Assembly (NCBI GenBank): GCA_040373885.1 | Contig: JBEIVL010000001.1 | Location: 14,780-78,779, forward strand | Length of the DNA: 64,000 bases | Source of the DNA: Aphanothece sp. | Lineage (GTDB): Bacteria > Cyanobacteriota > Cyanobacteriia > PCC-6307 > Cyanobiaceae | Direction of reading: 5' to 3' | Shown: piece after piece, positions 39,881-50,425 of the stretch | How the letters are laid out: every line of letters begins with the position of its first letter | How positions within the stretch are numbered: the stretch's first letter is position 1 | Position numbers and translations under genes: made by a program | The notes under the pieces: model-generated | Database searches by the model: none | Seen by the model: only the letters and a program-made list of their open reading frames with translations | Told to the model about the DNA's origin: nothing

Positions 39881-40236
39881 CAGGACGGCCCCTCCGGCAT
39901 ATCGAGCACAACGGGATGAGGCGAAAGCCCCCGCAGCCATTGCAGGGAGCGTTTGACCTCGCCCATGGGCAGGGCCGCAGAGGGCAGAAAATGCTGCAAC
40001 CGTTGGGATCCATCCATTTTCAAGCGATTAGCGAGGTCCAATCGGCTGATGGGATCACCATCGATGAACCAATGGTCCCCTGGAGCCAACACGATCCAGT
40101 GACCATGTCCCGTGGGGGACCCATCAAGAGAGGGCTGGGCTCGGGGCACACGCACGGCAACCAAGCCAGGAACAGCGACCACGGCCCCGCAGACGAGCAG
40201 GGTCAACGCCACCAGCGAAGGCACAGCAAAGCTCAT
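39880..40236 (-). CDS. Divergent ExbD/TolR-like protein (no TM Asp)
   Basis: N-terminal TM, VRVPRA, WFIDGDPI...L..RL...LPSAALPMGEV...L..LR pattern. Confidence 0.5.
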   Translation of the reverse strand: MSFAVPSLVALTLLVCGAVVAVPGLVAVRVPRAQPSLDGSPTGHGHWIVLAPGDHWFIDGDPISRLDLANRLKMDGSQRLQHFLPSAALPMGEVKRSLQWLRGLSPHPVVLDMPEGPS

Positions 40237-40853
40237 GGCAACGTTGGCTGAGCCCTCTGGCGCAGGCGACGGCGCAGGTCATCGAGTTGCCATTGGCGGA
40301 TTCCCTGGTTGGCGAAAAGGCCGCCGGTGGCGATGAGACTGATGATCAGGCCTAGGGCAGTACTTAGCAGAACCTGGCCGTATTGGCTGAGATTGGCGTC
40401 CGGCGGCAGCACCAGCTGGGGGCCGAGGGAAGCCAAAACCCGCATCAGTCCGATCACGGTTCCGGTCAGACCGAGCAGGGGCCCGAGCACTCCGGCGGCC
40501 TGCAGAAGTCGTTCGCCAAAGGCCATCTGCGATTCCCATTCGAGCAGCTGGCTGGCACTCGTATCGAGACCGCTGGTGACCGCTTGATCCAGACGGCTTA
40601 GCCGCAGGCGGCGCTGCCGCCACCACTGCACCCAGTAGCGAATGCGATCGAAGATCACGGTGACGACGGCGATCGATAGAAGCAGCAGCAACAGGGCAAC
40701 GGCCCCGCCTCCACCGGACGGGCCAACACCATTGATGCCGGCCGAAGCCGGGTGAGATGCGGCGGCGATCGGAACGGCCAACCTGAATCCTGGACTTTGG
40801 GCGCATCGTATGGGACACCTCCCTCGCGTCGATGTTGGCCGTTCACTTGACAA
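40233..40853 (-). CDS. MotA/TolQ/ExbB proton-channel family protein
   Basis: GG...[37 protein letters not shown]; start uncertain. Confidence 0.85.
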   Translation of the reverse strand: MSSERPTSTRGRCPIRCAQSPGFRLAVPIAAASHPASAGINGVGPSGGGGAVALLLLLLSIAVVTVIFDRIRYWVQWWRQRRLRLSRLDQAVTSGLDTSASQLLEWESQMAFGERLLQAAGVLGPLLGLTGTVIGLMRVLASLGPQLVLPPDANLSQYGQVLLSTALGLIISLIATGGLFANQGIRQWQLDDLRRRLRQRAQPTLP

Positions 40854-40941
40854 ACCCTTGTTGGCCGGAGCTGATCTGACCCTTCCCCCCTTGATTAGGC
40901 TCTCTCAAAAGGGGGATTCCCTGAGCCCTGGGAGTGATTTC

Positions 40942-41961
40942 ATGAGTGCCAGCCAAGGCAACGATCCGCAGAACAACGCTGCGAGTGCGATTTACAGCGA
41001 TAACAGCCAGACCATTGGCCGCACGCCTCTCGTTCGTCTTAACCGGATCACCGAAGGATGTGGGGCCACGGTTCTGGCCAAGATTGAGGGTCGCAATCCC
41101 GCCTATTCCGTTAAATGCCGTATCGGGGCCGCCATGATCTGGCAGGCCGAGAGAGAGGGACGGCTCGGACCAGGCAAAGAACTGATCGAGCCCACCAGCG
41201 GCAACACCGGCATTGCCCTGGCTTTCGTGGCCGCCTCCCGGGGCATCCCCCTGACGTTGACCATGCCCGAAACCATGAGCCTGGAGCGCCGCAAGCTGCT
41301 TACGGCTTACGGGGCCAAGTTGGTGCTCACTGAGGGGAAGCTGGGCATGGGAGGGGCCATCGGCGCCGCCCGGGAGCTGGCTGAGACGGCACCCGATCGT
41401 TACGTGTTGCTGCAGCAGTTCGTCAATCCCGCCAATCCCCAGATTCATCACGACACCACGGGCCCGGAGATCTGGAAGGACACCGGCGGGCAGATTGACG
41501 CGTTGGTGGCGGGAGTCGGCACCGGCGGCACGATCACAGGCGTCAGTCGCTACATCAAACGCACCCTGGGCCAACCCCTGATCTCGGTGGCTGTCGAACC
41601 AGCGAACAGTCCAGTGATCTCCCAGACCCTCGCGGGTGAGGCCTTGCAGCCCAAGCCCCACAAGATTCAGGGAATCGGCGCGGGGTTCGTGCCCGACAAC
41701 CTTGATCTTTCTCTGGTGGATCGTGTTGAGACGGTGGCGGATGACGAGGCGGTGGCCATGGCGCGCCGGCTGATGCGGGAGGAGGGCATCCTGGCGGGCA
41801 TTTCCTGCGGAGCCGCCACCGTGGCGGCCCTGCGTCTGGCTCGGGAGGAAGCCTTCCGGCAGCGCACCATCGTGGTGGTCTTACCCGATTCCGGCGAGCG
41901 TTATCTGAGTTCGGTTCTGTTTGAAGGGGTGTTCAACGAGAAGGGCTTGGCGGTGGTCTGA
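40942..41961 (+). CDS. cysK: Cysteine synthase A
   Basis: [49 protein letters not shown]. Confidence 0.97.
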   Translation: MSASQGNDPQNNAASAIYSDNSQTIGRTPLVRLNRITEGCGATVLAKIEGRNPAYSVKCRIGAAMIWQAEREGRLGPGKELIEPTSGNTGIALAFVAASRGIPLTLTMPETMSLERRKLLTAYGAKLVLTEGKLGMGGAIGAARELAETAPDRYVLLQQFVNPANPQIHHDTTGPEIWKDTGGQIDALVAGVGTGGTITGVSRYIKRTLGQPLISVAVEPANSPVISQTLAGEALQPKPHKIQGIGAGFVPDNLDLSLVDRVETVADDEAVAMARRLMREEGILAGISCGAATVAALRLAREEAFRQRTIVVVLPDSGERYLSSVLFEGVFNEKGLAVV

Positions 41962-42008
41962 AGGGCAAGCATGACCTCGATTGGGGCGGTGGCTGGTGAC
42001 GGAGTCGT

Positions 42009-43364
42009 CTACGTCATGGTGACGAACTCCTCCGCCACGGTCGGGTGCAGGGCCATGGTGCGATCGAAATCCGCTTTGGTGGCCCCCATGCCCAGGGCAA
42101 TCGCCGCCATCTGGATGATCTCGGCGCTGTGTTCACCAACCATGTGGCAACCCAGGACCCGCTGATCCGGTCGGTGGAGCACCAGTTTGAGCAGGGTGCG
42201 GGGCCCTCGCTGGGGCAACGCTTGGGCCATGGCCCGAAAACGGGCCCGGTGCACCTGGATGGCGTCGCGGCCAAAGCGCTCGATCGCCTCCTCTTCACTG
42301 AGCCCCACCGTGGCCAGTTCCGGTTGGGTGAACACAGCCTTGGCCACCAGGTCATGGTTGACGCGCCGCGGTTTGCCGCCGTACAGCGTGTCGGCCAGGG
42401 CCCGGCCTTCATCGATGGCCACCGGGGTCAGATTGATGCGGTCGGTGACATCGCCCACGGCATAGATGTGGGGAACTGAGGTGGTCTGGTCGTCATCCAC
42501 CGCAATGCGGTCGGCCTCGACGGCGACGCCGGCGGCTTCAAGCCCCAGTCCCTGCAGAAAGGGTCGTCGGCCGGTCGCCAGCAGAACCCCGCCACAGTCG
42601 AGGCGATCGCCGCCACGGGTGAGCACCGTCAGGGCTCCGGGTTCTCCCTCGATCGCCATGGGCTGCTCCTGAAAGCGGAGATCCAGTCCACTGGCCACAA
42701 GGGCCTCCCGCACCTGCTCCACGGCTTCGCGATCGAACCCCTTGAGCAGCTGACCTCCCCGCACCAACTGGCTGACCTGTACCCCAAGCCCCAGCAAAAT
42801 GGCGGCGAATTCACAGGCGATGAAGCCAGCCCCCACGATCACGACCCGGGAGGGGAGGCGATCGAGCAAGAACACATCGTCGCTAACCCAGGCCAGATCC
42901 GCCCCTGCAAAAGACGGGCGCTGGGGCCGGCCCCCGACTGCAATCAGAAGGCGATCGCCCTGAAGGCTGCGGGCAGGTTGACCCGCCGCGGTCACCTCAA
43001 CGCGGTGGGGTCCGCTCAGGCGGCCCCAACCCTCGACAAGGGTGACCCCGGCTTTCTCGAGGGCCTGCCTGTGGATGCCCTCCAGCCGGGTCACCTCGTC
43101 TCGGACCCGCTGCAGCAGCACTCCGCTCTGGGCTACCGGTGCGGGCAGCTGCCATCCGTAGGCCCGTGCATCCTCGGCCAGGTGGCCAAAGGTGGAGCCG
43201 TACACCAACAACTTTTTCGGGACACAGCCCCGGATCACACAGGTGCCCCCGACCCGATCTCCCTCGACGATGGCCACCCGCGCCCCATGGCTGGCGGCTC
43301 GCTTGGCGGCGGCCAGACCGCCGGAGCCCGCACCGATGACGAGTAGATCAAAGCAATCGTTCAT
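42009..43364 (-). CDS. gor: Glutathione-disulfide reductase
   Basis: GAGSGG, GGTCVIRGCVPKK, LTPVAI, HPTVAEEFVTM. Confidence 0.96.
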   Translation of the reverse strand: MNDCFDLLVIGAGSGGLAAAKRAASHGARVAIVEGDRVGGTCVIRGCVPKKLLVYGSTFGHLAEDARAYGWQLPAPVAQSGVLLQRVRDEVTRLEGIHRQALEKAGVTLVEGWGRLSGPHRVEVTAAGQPARSLQGDRLLIAVGGRPQRPSFAGADLAWVSDDVFLLDRLPSRVVIVGAGFIACEFAAILLGLGVQVSQLVRGGQLLKGFDREAVEQVREALVASGLDLRFQEQPMAIEGEPGALTVLTRGGDRLDCGGVLLATGRRPFLQGLGLEAAGVAVEADRIAVDDDQTTSVPHIYAVGDVTDRINLTPVAIDEGRALADTLYGGKPRRVNHDLVAKAVFTQPELATVGLSEEEAIERFGRDAIQVHRARFRAMAQALPQRGPRTLLKLVLHRPDQRVLGCHMVGEHSAEIIQMAAIALGMGATKADFDRTMALHPTVAEEFVTMT

Positions 43365-43423
43365 GGCGAAGATTTGCGGGTCGTGTGGGGCAACTTAGGG
43401 GTTCCGAAACGTAGGTCTACAGC

Positions 43424-43451
43424 AAAAAACCCTCCGCGCCAGCGAAGGGTT
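43424..43451 (-). terminator. Probable intrinsic terminator of the amt-PII operon
   Basis: Plus strand AAAAAACCCTCCGC-gcca-GCGAAGGGTT; T tract on the minus strand. Confidence 0.6.
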
Positions 43452-43502
43452 GGTGCCTTTCCCTGAAGAGGGAAGCAAGCTCCGTAGGGCGGGATGAAAG
43501 TC

Positions 43503-45264
<1,762 letters not shown>

Positions 45265-45363
45265 TGCAGACCTTTCACTGCCCGATCGAAAACGCGGTGG
45301 CATAAGAAGACCAACGTCTGCGAAGTTCTCGGTAAGAGTGACCTTCAGGGGGTGGCTCCAGAT

Positions 45364-45377
45364 GTAGCAACCGAAAC
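45364..45377 (-). promoter_or_regulatory. Candidate NtcA site upstream of amt
   Basis: Minus strand GTT-TCGGTTGC-TAC (variant of GTA-N8-TAC), followed 23 nt later by the -10-like CACTCT. Confidence 0.6.
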
Positions 45378-45557
45378 CAAAGCTGCGCTGGGGCGCAAAA
45401 TGCCAACGCAATGCGCGGAGTAGACTAGATATGGTAAAAATCGATGCACTTTTTTACTCGCCCCACGTGCGCTCGGCAATGTGTATGGCCTCGGCCTGGT
45501 TGTGGCGCTGTCGCGCCTGCCATTGCGCCACCATGAAGACACGATCGGAACAGCGGC

Positions 45558-46814
45558 ATGGGTGTCTCATTGGTTCAGCCCCTCAGTTGGCGTGATCTGG
45601 AAGGCCTCGCCTCCCGACCGCCCGACCTTGTGAACGGGCCGACGAATGCCCAGGCCCGCCTGCGGCTGTTTGGCCAAGACGAGGCGGCGGTGCGGGTGAC
45701 CCTCTACCGGGACCACCACGCCTGGTGTCCGTACTGTCAAAAGGTGTGGCTGTGGCTGGAGGAGAAGCGGGTTCCGTACCGCATCGCCAAGGTGACGATG
45801 GTCTGCTACGGCGAGAAAGAGGCTTGGTACAGGCGGCTGGTGCCCTCGGGGTATCTGCCCGCCCTTGAACTCGATGGCCGCCTGATCACCGAAAGCGATC
45901 GCATCCTGGAGGCCCTGGAAGCGGCCTTCGGTCCGCTGGGGACGCCGATGGCGCAACCCGATGCCATCGCCTTGCGGCGGCTGGAGCGGCGTTTATTTGC
46001 CAGCTGGTGTGAATGGCTCTGCCGCCATGGACTGGCGGGGGGGCAGGACGATCGGGCCGCCACGGCCTTCCGAACCATGGCGGCCCGCCTGGAGGGGGCC
46101 CTGCGGGAAGGCCCCGGTCCCTTCTTGATGGGCGAGGACCCTGGAACGGTGGATCTGATCTTCGTGCCCTATCTCGAGCGCATGAATGCCAGCCTGGCCT
46201 ACTACAAAGGCTATCGACTGCGCCAGCAGCACCCGTTGATCGACCGCTGGTTCCAGGCCTTGGAGCAACGCTCCACTTACCTCGGCACCCAGGGGGACTT
46301 CCATACCCATGCCCATGACCTGCCGCCTCAGATGGGCGGGTGCCAAGCCAGCGGCAGCGCAGAGCAGCGCACCCTGGCCCGCCGCATCGATGCAGGCCCC
46401 TGGCCGATCGGTGACGACGGTGAGCCGGATCCGGAAACCAGCCGCCCCGAATCAACCGGGGCGTCCCTTAAGGCCCTTGAACGGGTCTATCGCCATCGTC
46501 AAGCTCTGCTGCAACGGAACCCTCTGGGGCCCGAGGGCTTTGATCAACCCCTGCGGTCGGCCCTCACCTTGTTGGCCACCGGTGTGGCCTGCACCCCCTC
46601 TGCAGGCGCGGCGCCAGGTTTGAGGTACCTGCGCGATCGCATCAGCGTGCCCAGGGACATGCCCCTAGATGCCGCCCGCTGCCTGCGTCGGGCGTTGGAA
46701 GCCACCGCCCAGCTCGATGCCAGTGATGCCTGGGCTCAGGGGCCCGCATTGACGCTGAACCATCGACTGGATCAGGATCCGACCCCGTTCCTGGAGCACC
46801 CCGGATCGATCTGA
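45558..46814 (+). CDS. Glutathione S-transferase family protein with C-terminal extension
   Basis: RDHHAWCPYCQKVW, LPAL...ITESD, HAHDLPPQMGGC, LRDRISVPRDM. Confidence 0.88.
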   Translation: MGVSLVQPLSWRDLEGLASRPPDLVNGPTNAQARLRLFGQDEAAVRVTLYRDHHAWCPYCQKVWLWLEEKRVPYRIAKVTMVCYGEKEAWYRRLVPSGYLPALELDGRLITESDRILEALEAAFGPLGTPMAQPDAIALRRLERRLFASWCEWLCRHGLAGGQDDRAATAFRTMAARLEGALREGPGPFLMGEDPGTVDLIFVPYLERMNASLAYYKGYRLRQQHPLIDRWFQALEQRSTYLGTQGDFHTHAHDLPPQMGGCQASGSAEQRTLARRIDAGPWPIGDDGEPDPETSRPESTGASLKALERVYRHRQALLQRNPLGPEGFDQPLRSALTLLATGVACTPSAGAAPGLRYLRDRISVPRDMPLDAARCLRRALEATAQLDASDAWAQGPALTLNHRLDQDPTPFLEHPGSI

Positions 46815-46888
46815 CCCCGTGAGTTTGCCATTCGAGGCTTTGGATCGAAGGTCTGAATAAGAATGGAAAATCAACTCCAAGCAAAACC

Positions 46889-47167
46889 ATGGAAGCCCGT
46901 TGGCAGAACAAGACAATCGCCAGCAGCGACGACATCGTGATGATGGAGGGGAATGCTTATTTCCCGCAGTCGTCGCTGAATCACGAATTTCTGCGCCCCT
47001 CCAGTCACCGCAGCACCTGTGGCTGGAAGGGCGAAGCTCACTACTTTGATGTGGTGGTGGCTGGGGAGGAGAACGCCAACGCCGCTTGGACCTATCCCGA
47101 GCCGAAGCAGGCGGCCAGTGCCATTGCCGGCCGGGTGGCTTTCTGGAAAGGGGTGCAGGTGGCCTGA
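46889..47167 (+). CDS. DUF427 family protein
   Basis: EGNAYFP...STCGWKGEAHYF...AAWTYPEPK...IAGRVAFW. Confidence 0.9.
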   Translation: MEARWQNKTIASSDDIVMMEGNAYFPQSSLNHEFLRPSSHRSTCGWKGEAHYFDVVVAGEENANAAWTYPEPKQAASAIAGRVAFWKGVQVA

Positions 47168-47189
47168 GCCTGAGGCCTGGCCAGACCGC

Positions 47190-47438
47190 TCAACAGGCGG
47201 GATGGCGCACCGTGCGCCAATTGCCTGTGGACGTGCTGACTTCGACGCCGATGCCCAGCGGTTCAGCGCCCCCGCTGGTCTGGCTCTGCCACCAAAGGGT
47301 TGCCTCGCTCCAGGCTGACTCAAGCGAGTCGTAAAGGTCGTCCAGCACGGGATGGGGAGCTCCGTACTGGTCGACCAAGCGATAGGAACGGATCACAGAG
47401 CCGCGGGGCTGGAACGAAAAGGACTGGGGGGTCGACAT
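47190..47438 (-). CDS. Small hypothetical protein (82 aa)
   Basis: YRLVDQYGAPHPVLDDLYDSLESAW...GVEVSTSTGNWRT; fills the gap in a minus-strand gene run. Confidence 0.6.
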   Translation of the reverse strand: MSTPQSFSFQPRGSVIRSYRLVDQYGAPHPVLDDLYDSLESAWSEATLWWQSQTSGGAEPLGIGVEVSTSTGNWRTVRHPAC

Positions 47439-47540
47439 TGTGGACAGGGACACAACCTTGCTCTCGGAAGATCTCCATCTTGGTCGATGTGCCAGATCGA
47501 AACTGTCACGAGAACGACAAGAACCTGTGTCCCCCATCCC

Positions 47541-47960
47541 TCAGGCAGAGATCGCGGCCTGGAGCACGTTGGCGTGGAGCACGTCCATGACGTCCATGAC
47601 CCTGGTGGTTTCGGCGTCCTCCAGCTCAAGGACCTCGGCCAGGCGATTCAAAATTTCGCGTTCCTGATCCTGCAGGGGGCCGTCGGAGCGCATGATTTCC
47701 GCTGCAACGGCAAAGGCCGTGGACCGCTGACTCTTATTCAGCACGGCCGCAGCCTCTTCCATGCTGCGTTGGGCCCCCTTGGCTCGAAGACCGCGCAGCA
47801 GATCGTCCATCAAGGCGATCATCTGCTCATCGCTACAACTGCTGTAAGGCTGCCGGTAGTCGAGGGCATGGCGCAAAGCCCGGGTGCCGGCCATCGTCAG
47901 GACACCGTCCCAGGAGACAGCGGCCAACGCGACTGTGGCAAATGCCTTGGAGTGATCCAT
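47541..47960 (-). CDS. TerB-like (tellurite-resistance fold) protein
   Basis: LAAVSWDG...AFAVAAEIMRSDGPLQDQEREILNRLAEVL. Confidence 0.8.
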   Translation of the reverse strand: MDHSKAFATVALAAVSWDGVLTMAGTRALRHALDYRQPYSSCSDEQMIALMDDLLRGLRAKGAQRSMEEAAAVLNKSQRSTAFAVAAEIMRSDGPLQDQEREILNRLAEVLELEDAETTRVMDVMDVLHANVLQAAISA

Positions 47961-48038
47961 CGAAAGGCCCATTGAATGGCCCCTTCATGGCTCGTTGAGG
48001 CAAATGTTGTCGGTGCCGCAGGCGACGAAACCCCGCTT

Positions 48039-48404
48039 TCACTCTTGTTTGGGCAGGGGGCCATCCCGATCCGAGCGGAACACGGGTTCGAGGTTGGCCA
48101 TGGACTCGGAGGCCTTGCGCACAAGATCTTCAAAGCATTCCCGCGTCTGCGGGGCCCCGCGACCCATCGGTTCTCGACTCATCAGCACCAGCTCCAGGAC
48201 CGGTCCGGCTGCTTTGGCCTGCACATCAGCAAACAGCTGCAGGCGGAGATTTTCCATGCCACCGCGGAGCATGGCGCTGAGATGGGCCTGGGTGCGGTGA
48301 TCGACCTCGGCATCGAGCAGGTCCACCAGGCGATCCAGACCAGCGATCAGATCCCTGGACTCGATCGGTTTCCGGGGCTTGAGCACCAGAAGAAAGCGGG
48401 CCAT
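48039..48404 (-). CDS. Hypothetical protein
   Basis: Protein-like ORF (ELVLMSREPMGRGAP) upstream of the terB-like gene. Confidence 0.55.
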   Translation of the reverse strand: MARFLLVLKPRKPIESRDLIAGLDRLVDLLDAEVDHRTQAHLSAMLRGGMENLRLQLFADVQAKAAGPVLELVLMSREPMGRGAPQTRECFEDLVRKASESMANLEPVFRSDRDGPLPKQE

Positions 48405-48525
48405 GGGCAAGGATGGGCTGGGAACCATCCTGCTGTGCCATCCACCACTCTGGCTTCAGCATCGGCACCCTTGTTCATGGAGTGTCCACTTGATCCGGTC
48501 GCCAGAACTCTTGTTCACCCAGTCA

Positions 48526-49506
48526 ATGCCCCCTGTGCGCCGGACCCTGCCCGACTCCAGCTTGGTTTCAGCATCGATCCCAACGGATTCTTTTCCCCCC
48601 CTTCGCCGCGCTTCCCTCACCACCTTGCAGGTGAACCTCGGCTACCGCTGCAATCAGGCCTGCCGCCATTGCCACGTCGGTGCGGGTCCCCAGCGCACCG
48701 AAATGATGGACACCGAGACCCTGTCGCTCATTCCTCGGGTGCTGGTGGCTCGCCAGATCGAAACTTTGGATCTGACCGGAGGGGCACCGGAGTTGCATCC
48801 CGGATTTCGCTCGCTGGTGCACACGGCTCGGACGCTGGGGGTGCGGGTGATCGATCGCTGCAATTTGACCATCCTTCTGGAGCCTGGTCAGGAGGATCTG
48901 GCAGCGTTTCTGGCGAGCCACGGGGTTGTGGTGATGGCTTCCCTGCCCTGCTACTTGGAGGCGAATGTCGATCGCCAACGCGGCACCGGCACCTTCGCCG
49001 CCAGCATGGACGCTCTACGGCTGTTAAATCAACTCGGCTACGGCCAGAGTGGCTCCTCCCTGGAGTTGAACTTGGTCTACAACCCCCAGGGGCCCAGCTT
49101 GCCGCCGCCCCAGAAGGCCCTGGAGGAGGACTACCGCCGCCACCTCAAAGACAGCCATGGGGTGATGTTCAACCGATTGCTGGCCCTGGCCAACATGCCG
49201 ATTGAACGCTTTGCCACCAGCTTGGAACTGAGCGGCGAATTGCAGTCTTACCAAACGTTGTTGCGCCAAAACCACAATCCTGCCAATTTGGATCAGGTGA
49301 TGTGTCGGCAACTGATCAGCGTCGACTGGCGCGGCCAGCTGTTTGATTGTGATTTCAACCAGATGTTGGGCCAGCGGGCGCTGGGTTGTTCCCATCTCTC
49401 TGATCTGCTGGAGATCGATCCCTCGGGAGCGGGCATTGCTGTAGCCGATCACTGCTTTGGTTGCACGGCAGGCCATGGATCCAGTTGCGGCGGTGCCTTG
49501 GACTGA
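48526..49506 (+). CDS. arsS: Arsenosugar-biosynthesis-type radical SAM protein ArsS
   Basis: TLQVNLGYRCNQACRHCHV, DLTGGAPE, IDRCNLT, ASLPCY, FDCDFNQML, HCFGCTAGHGSSCGGAL. Confidence 0.88.
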   Translation: MPPVRRTLPDSSLVSASIPTDSFPPLRRASLTTLQVNLGYRCNQACRHCHVGAGPQRTEMMDTETLSLIPRVLVARQIETLDLTGGAPELHPGFRSLVHTARTLGVRVIDRCNLTILLEPGQEDLAAFLASHGVVVMASLPCYLEANVDRQRGTGTFAASMDALRLLNQLGYGQSGSSLELNLVYNPQGPSLPPPQKALEEDYRRHLKDSHGVMFNRLLALANMPIERFATSLELSGELQSYQTLLRQNHNPANLDQVMCRQLISVDWRGQLFDCDFNQMLGQRALGCSHLSDLLEIDPSGAGIAVADHCFGCTAGHGSSCGGALD

Positions 49507-49591
49507 ACCAACCTCGATTGGGATGGGATGAACAAGTTCGGCGGCCCAGCATTGGAGGCCGCCCAACTTGATGGGTGATCAAACAAGACAA

Positions 49592-49617
49592 AGCCCGGGG
49601 AGATCTCTCCCCGGGCT
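49592..49617. terminator. Perfect 12-bp inverted repeat terminating hli (and convergent arsS)
   Basis: AGCCCGGGGAGA-tc-TCTCCCCGGGCT; T-rich tail on the minus strand. Confidence 0.8.
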
Positions 49618-49643
49618 GATCAAAACAGAGGTTGTGAAAGAGT

Positions 49644-49787
49644 TCAGCCGAGGCCGATTTGGCTGAGAATGCCTTGGCCGGTCAGCAGCTCGGTGGCCAG
49701 GCCAATGACAAAGCCCATCATGGCCAGACGGCCATTCCAGGTTTCAGCGAAAGCAACGAAGCCGAAACGGGTTTCAGGAGCAGCCAT
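49644..49787 (-). CDS. hli: High-light-inducible protein (HliC-like, 47 aa), below the ORF-track cutoff
   Basis: Manual translation MAAPETRFGFVAFAETWNGRLAMMGFVIGLATELLTGQGILSQIGLG*; ExxNGRxAMxG motif. Confidence 0.95.
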   Translation of the reverse strand: MAAPETRFGFVAFAETWNGRLAMMGFVIGLATELLTGQGILSQIGLG

Positions 49788-49812
49788 GGAGGAGGTTGCG
49801 AAGTGTGAAGCA

Positions 49813-49830
49813 AGCGTAACAGGTTGTAAC
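49813..49830 (-). promoter_or_regulatory. HLR1-like (RpaB) direct repeat upstream of hli
   Basis: Minus strand GTTACAAC-ct-GTTACGCT. Confidence 0.7.
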
Positions 49831-49871
49831 CGGATTGGGGTGCGGTGAACCGAACTTTCTAGACTTCAGGC

Positions 49872-50405
49872 TCACCCTTCCCGGCTCAAGCAAGCCGGGC
49901 ACAGGGCCCTGACATTCAAGACGCACTCCAGAAGACGAAACCCATGGCTGCTGGCCGCCGTCTCTCCAGCCTGGAGCACGGCGAGACTCTCGAATTCTTC
50001 GGTGCGACCACAGCGCACGCACACCAGGTGATGGTGGTCGCGATGGGTCTCACCACTGAGTTCGAAGCGACGCCCCCCTTCGGCGAGTTCGACTTCCTGG
50101 AGCAGCCCCATTGAGCTGAGCAGGCGCAGGCTGCGATAGACGGTGGCCAGGGAGATGCGCTCCTCTCCCCCACGCAGGCGCTGGTGCACTTCCTCGGCGC
50201 TCAGGTGGCTGCTTTCTCCCAATTGCTCGAAGAGTTCAAGCACCCGCTGGCGTTGGGCGGTCAGACGCTGGCCTCGGTCGTGCAGGCTGCTGCGCAGTCC
50301 GGCCCGAGACGCCGCTGCGGCCGGCGATGGGACCGGGGGGGCGCCGGCGGGCAGGGATGCGGGGGACGGGGCGTTCACACCAGAGCGGTCTACCCAGAGT
50401 CGCAA
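49872..50405 (-). CDS. fur: Fur-family transcriptional regulator
   Basis: RLTAQRQRVL, HLSAEE, SLATVYRSL, HRDHHHLVCVRC, CPAC; start uncertain. Confidence 0.92.
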   Translation of the reverse strand: MRLWVDRSGVNAPSPASLPAGAPPVPSPAAAASRAGLRSSLHDRGQRLTAQRQRVLELFEQLGESSHLSAEEVHQRLRGGEERISLATVYRSLRLLSSMGLLQEVELAEGGRRFELSGETHRDHHHLVCVRCGRTEEFESLAVLQAGETAASSHGFRLLECVLNVRALCPACLSREG

Positions 50406-50425
50406 GAACAGACCTTATTGAGAGG

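Noticed and set aside
49450-49506. Selenocysteine in the ArsS C-terminal motif
   Set aside because: The SSCGG cysteine is encoded by TGC, and the TGA falls after the normal end (GALD)
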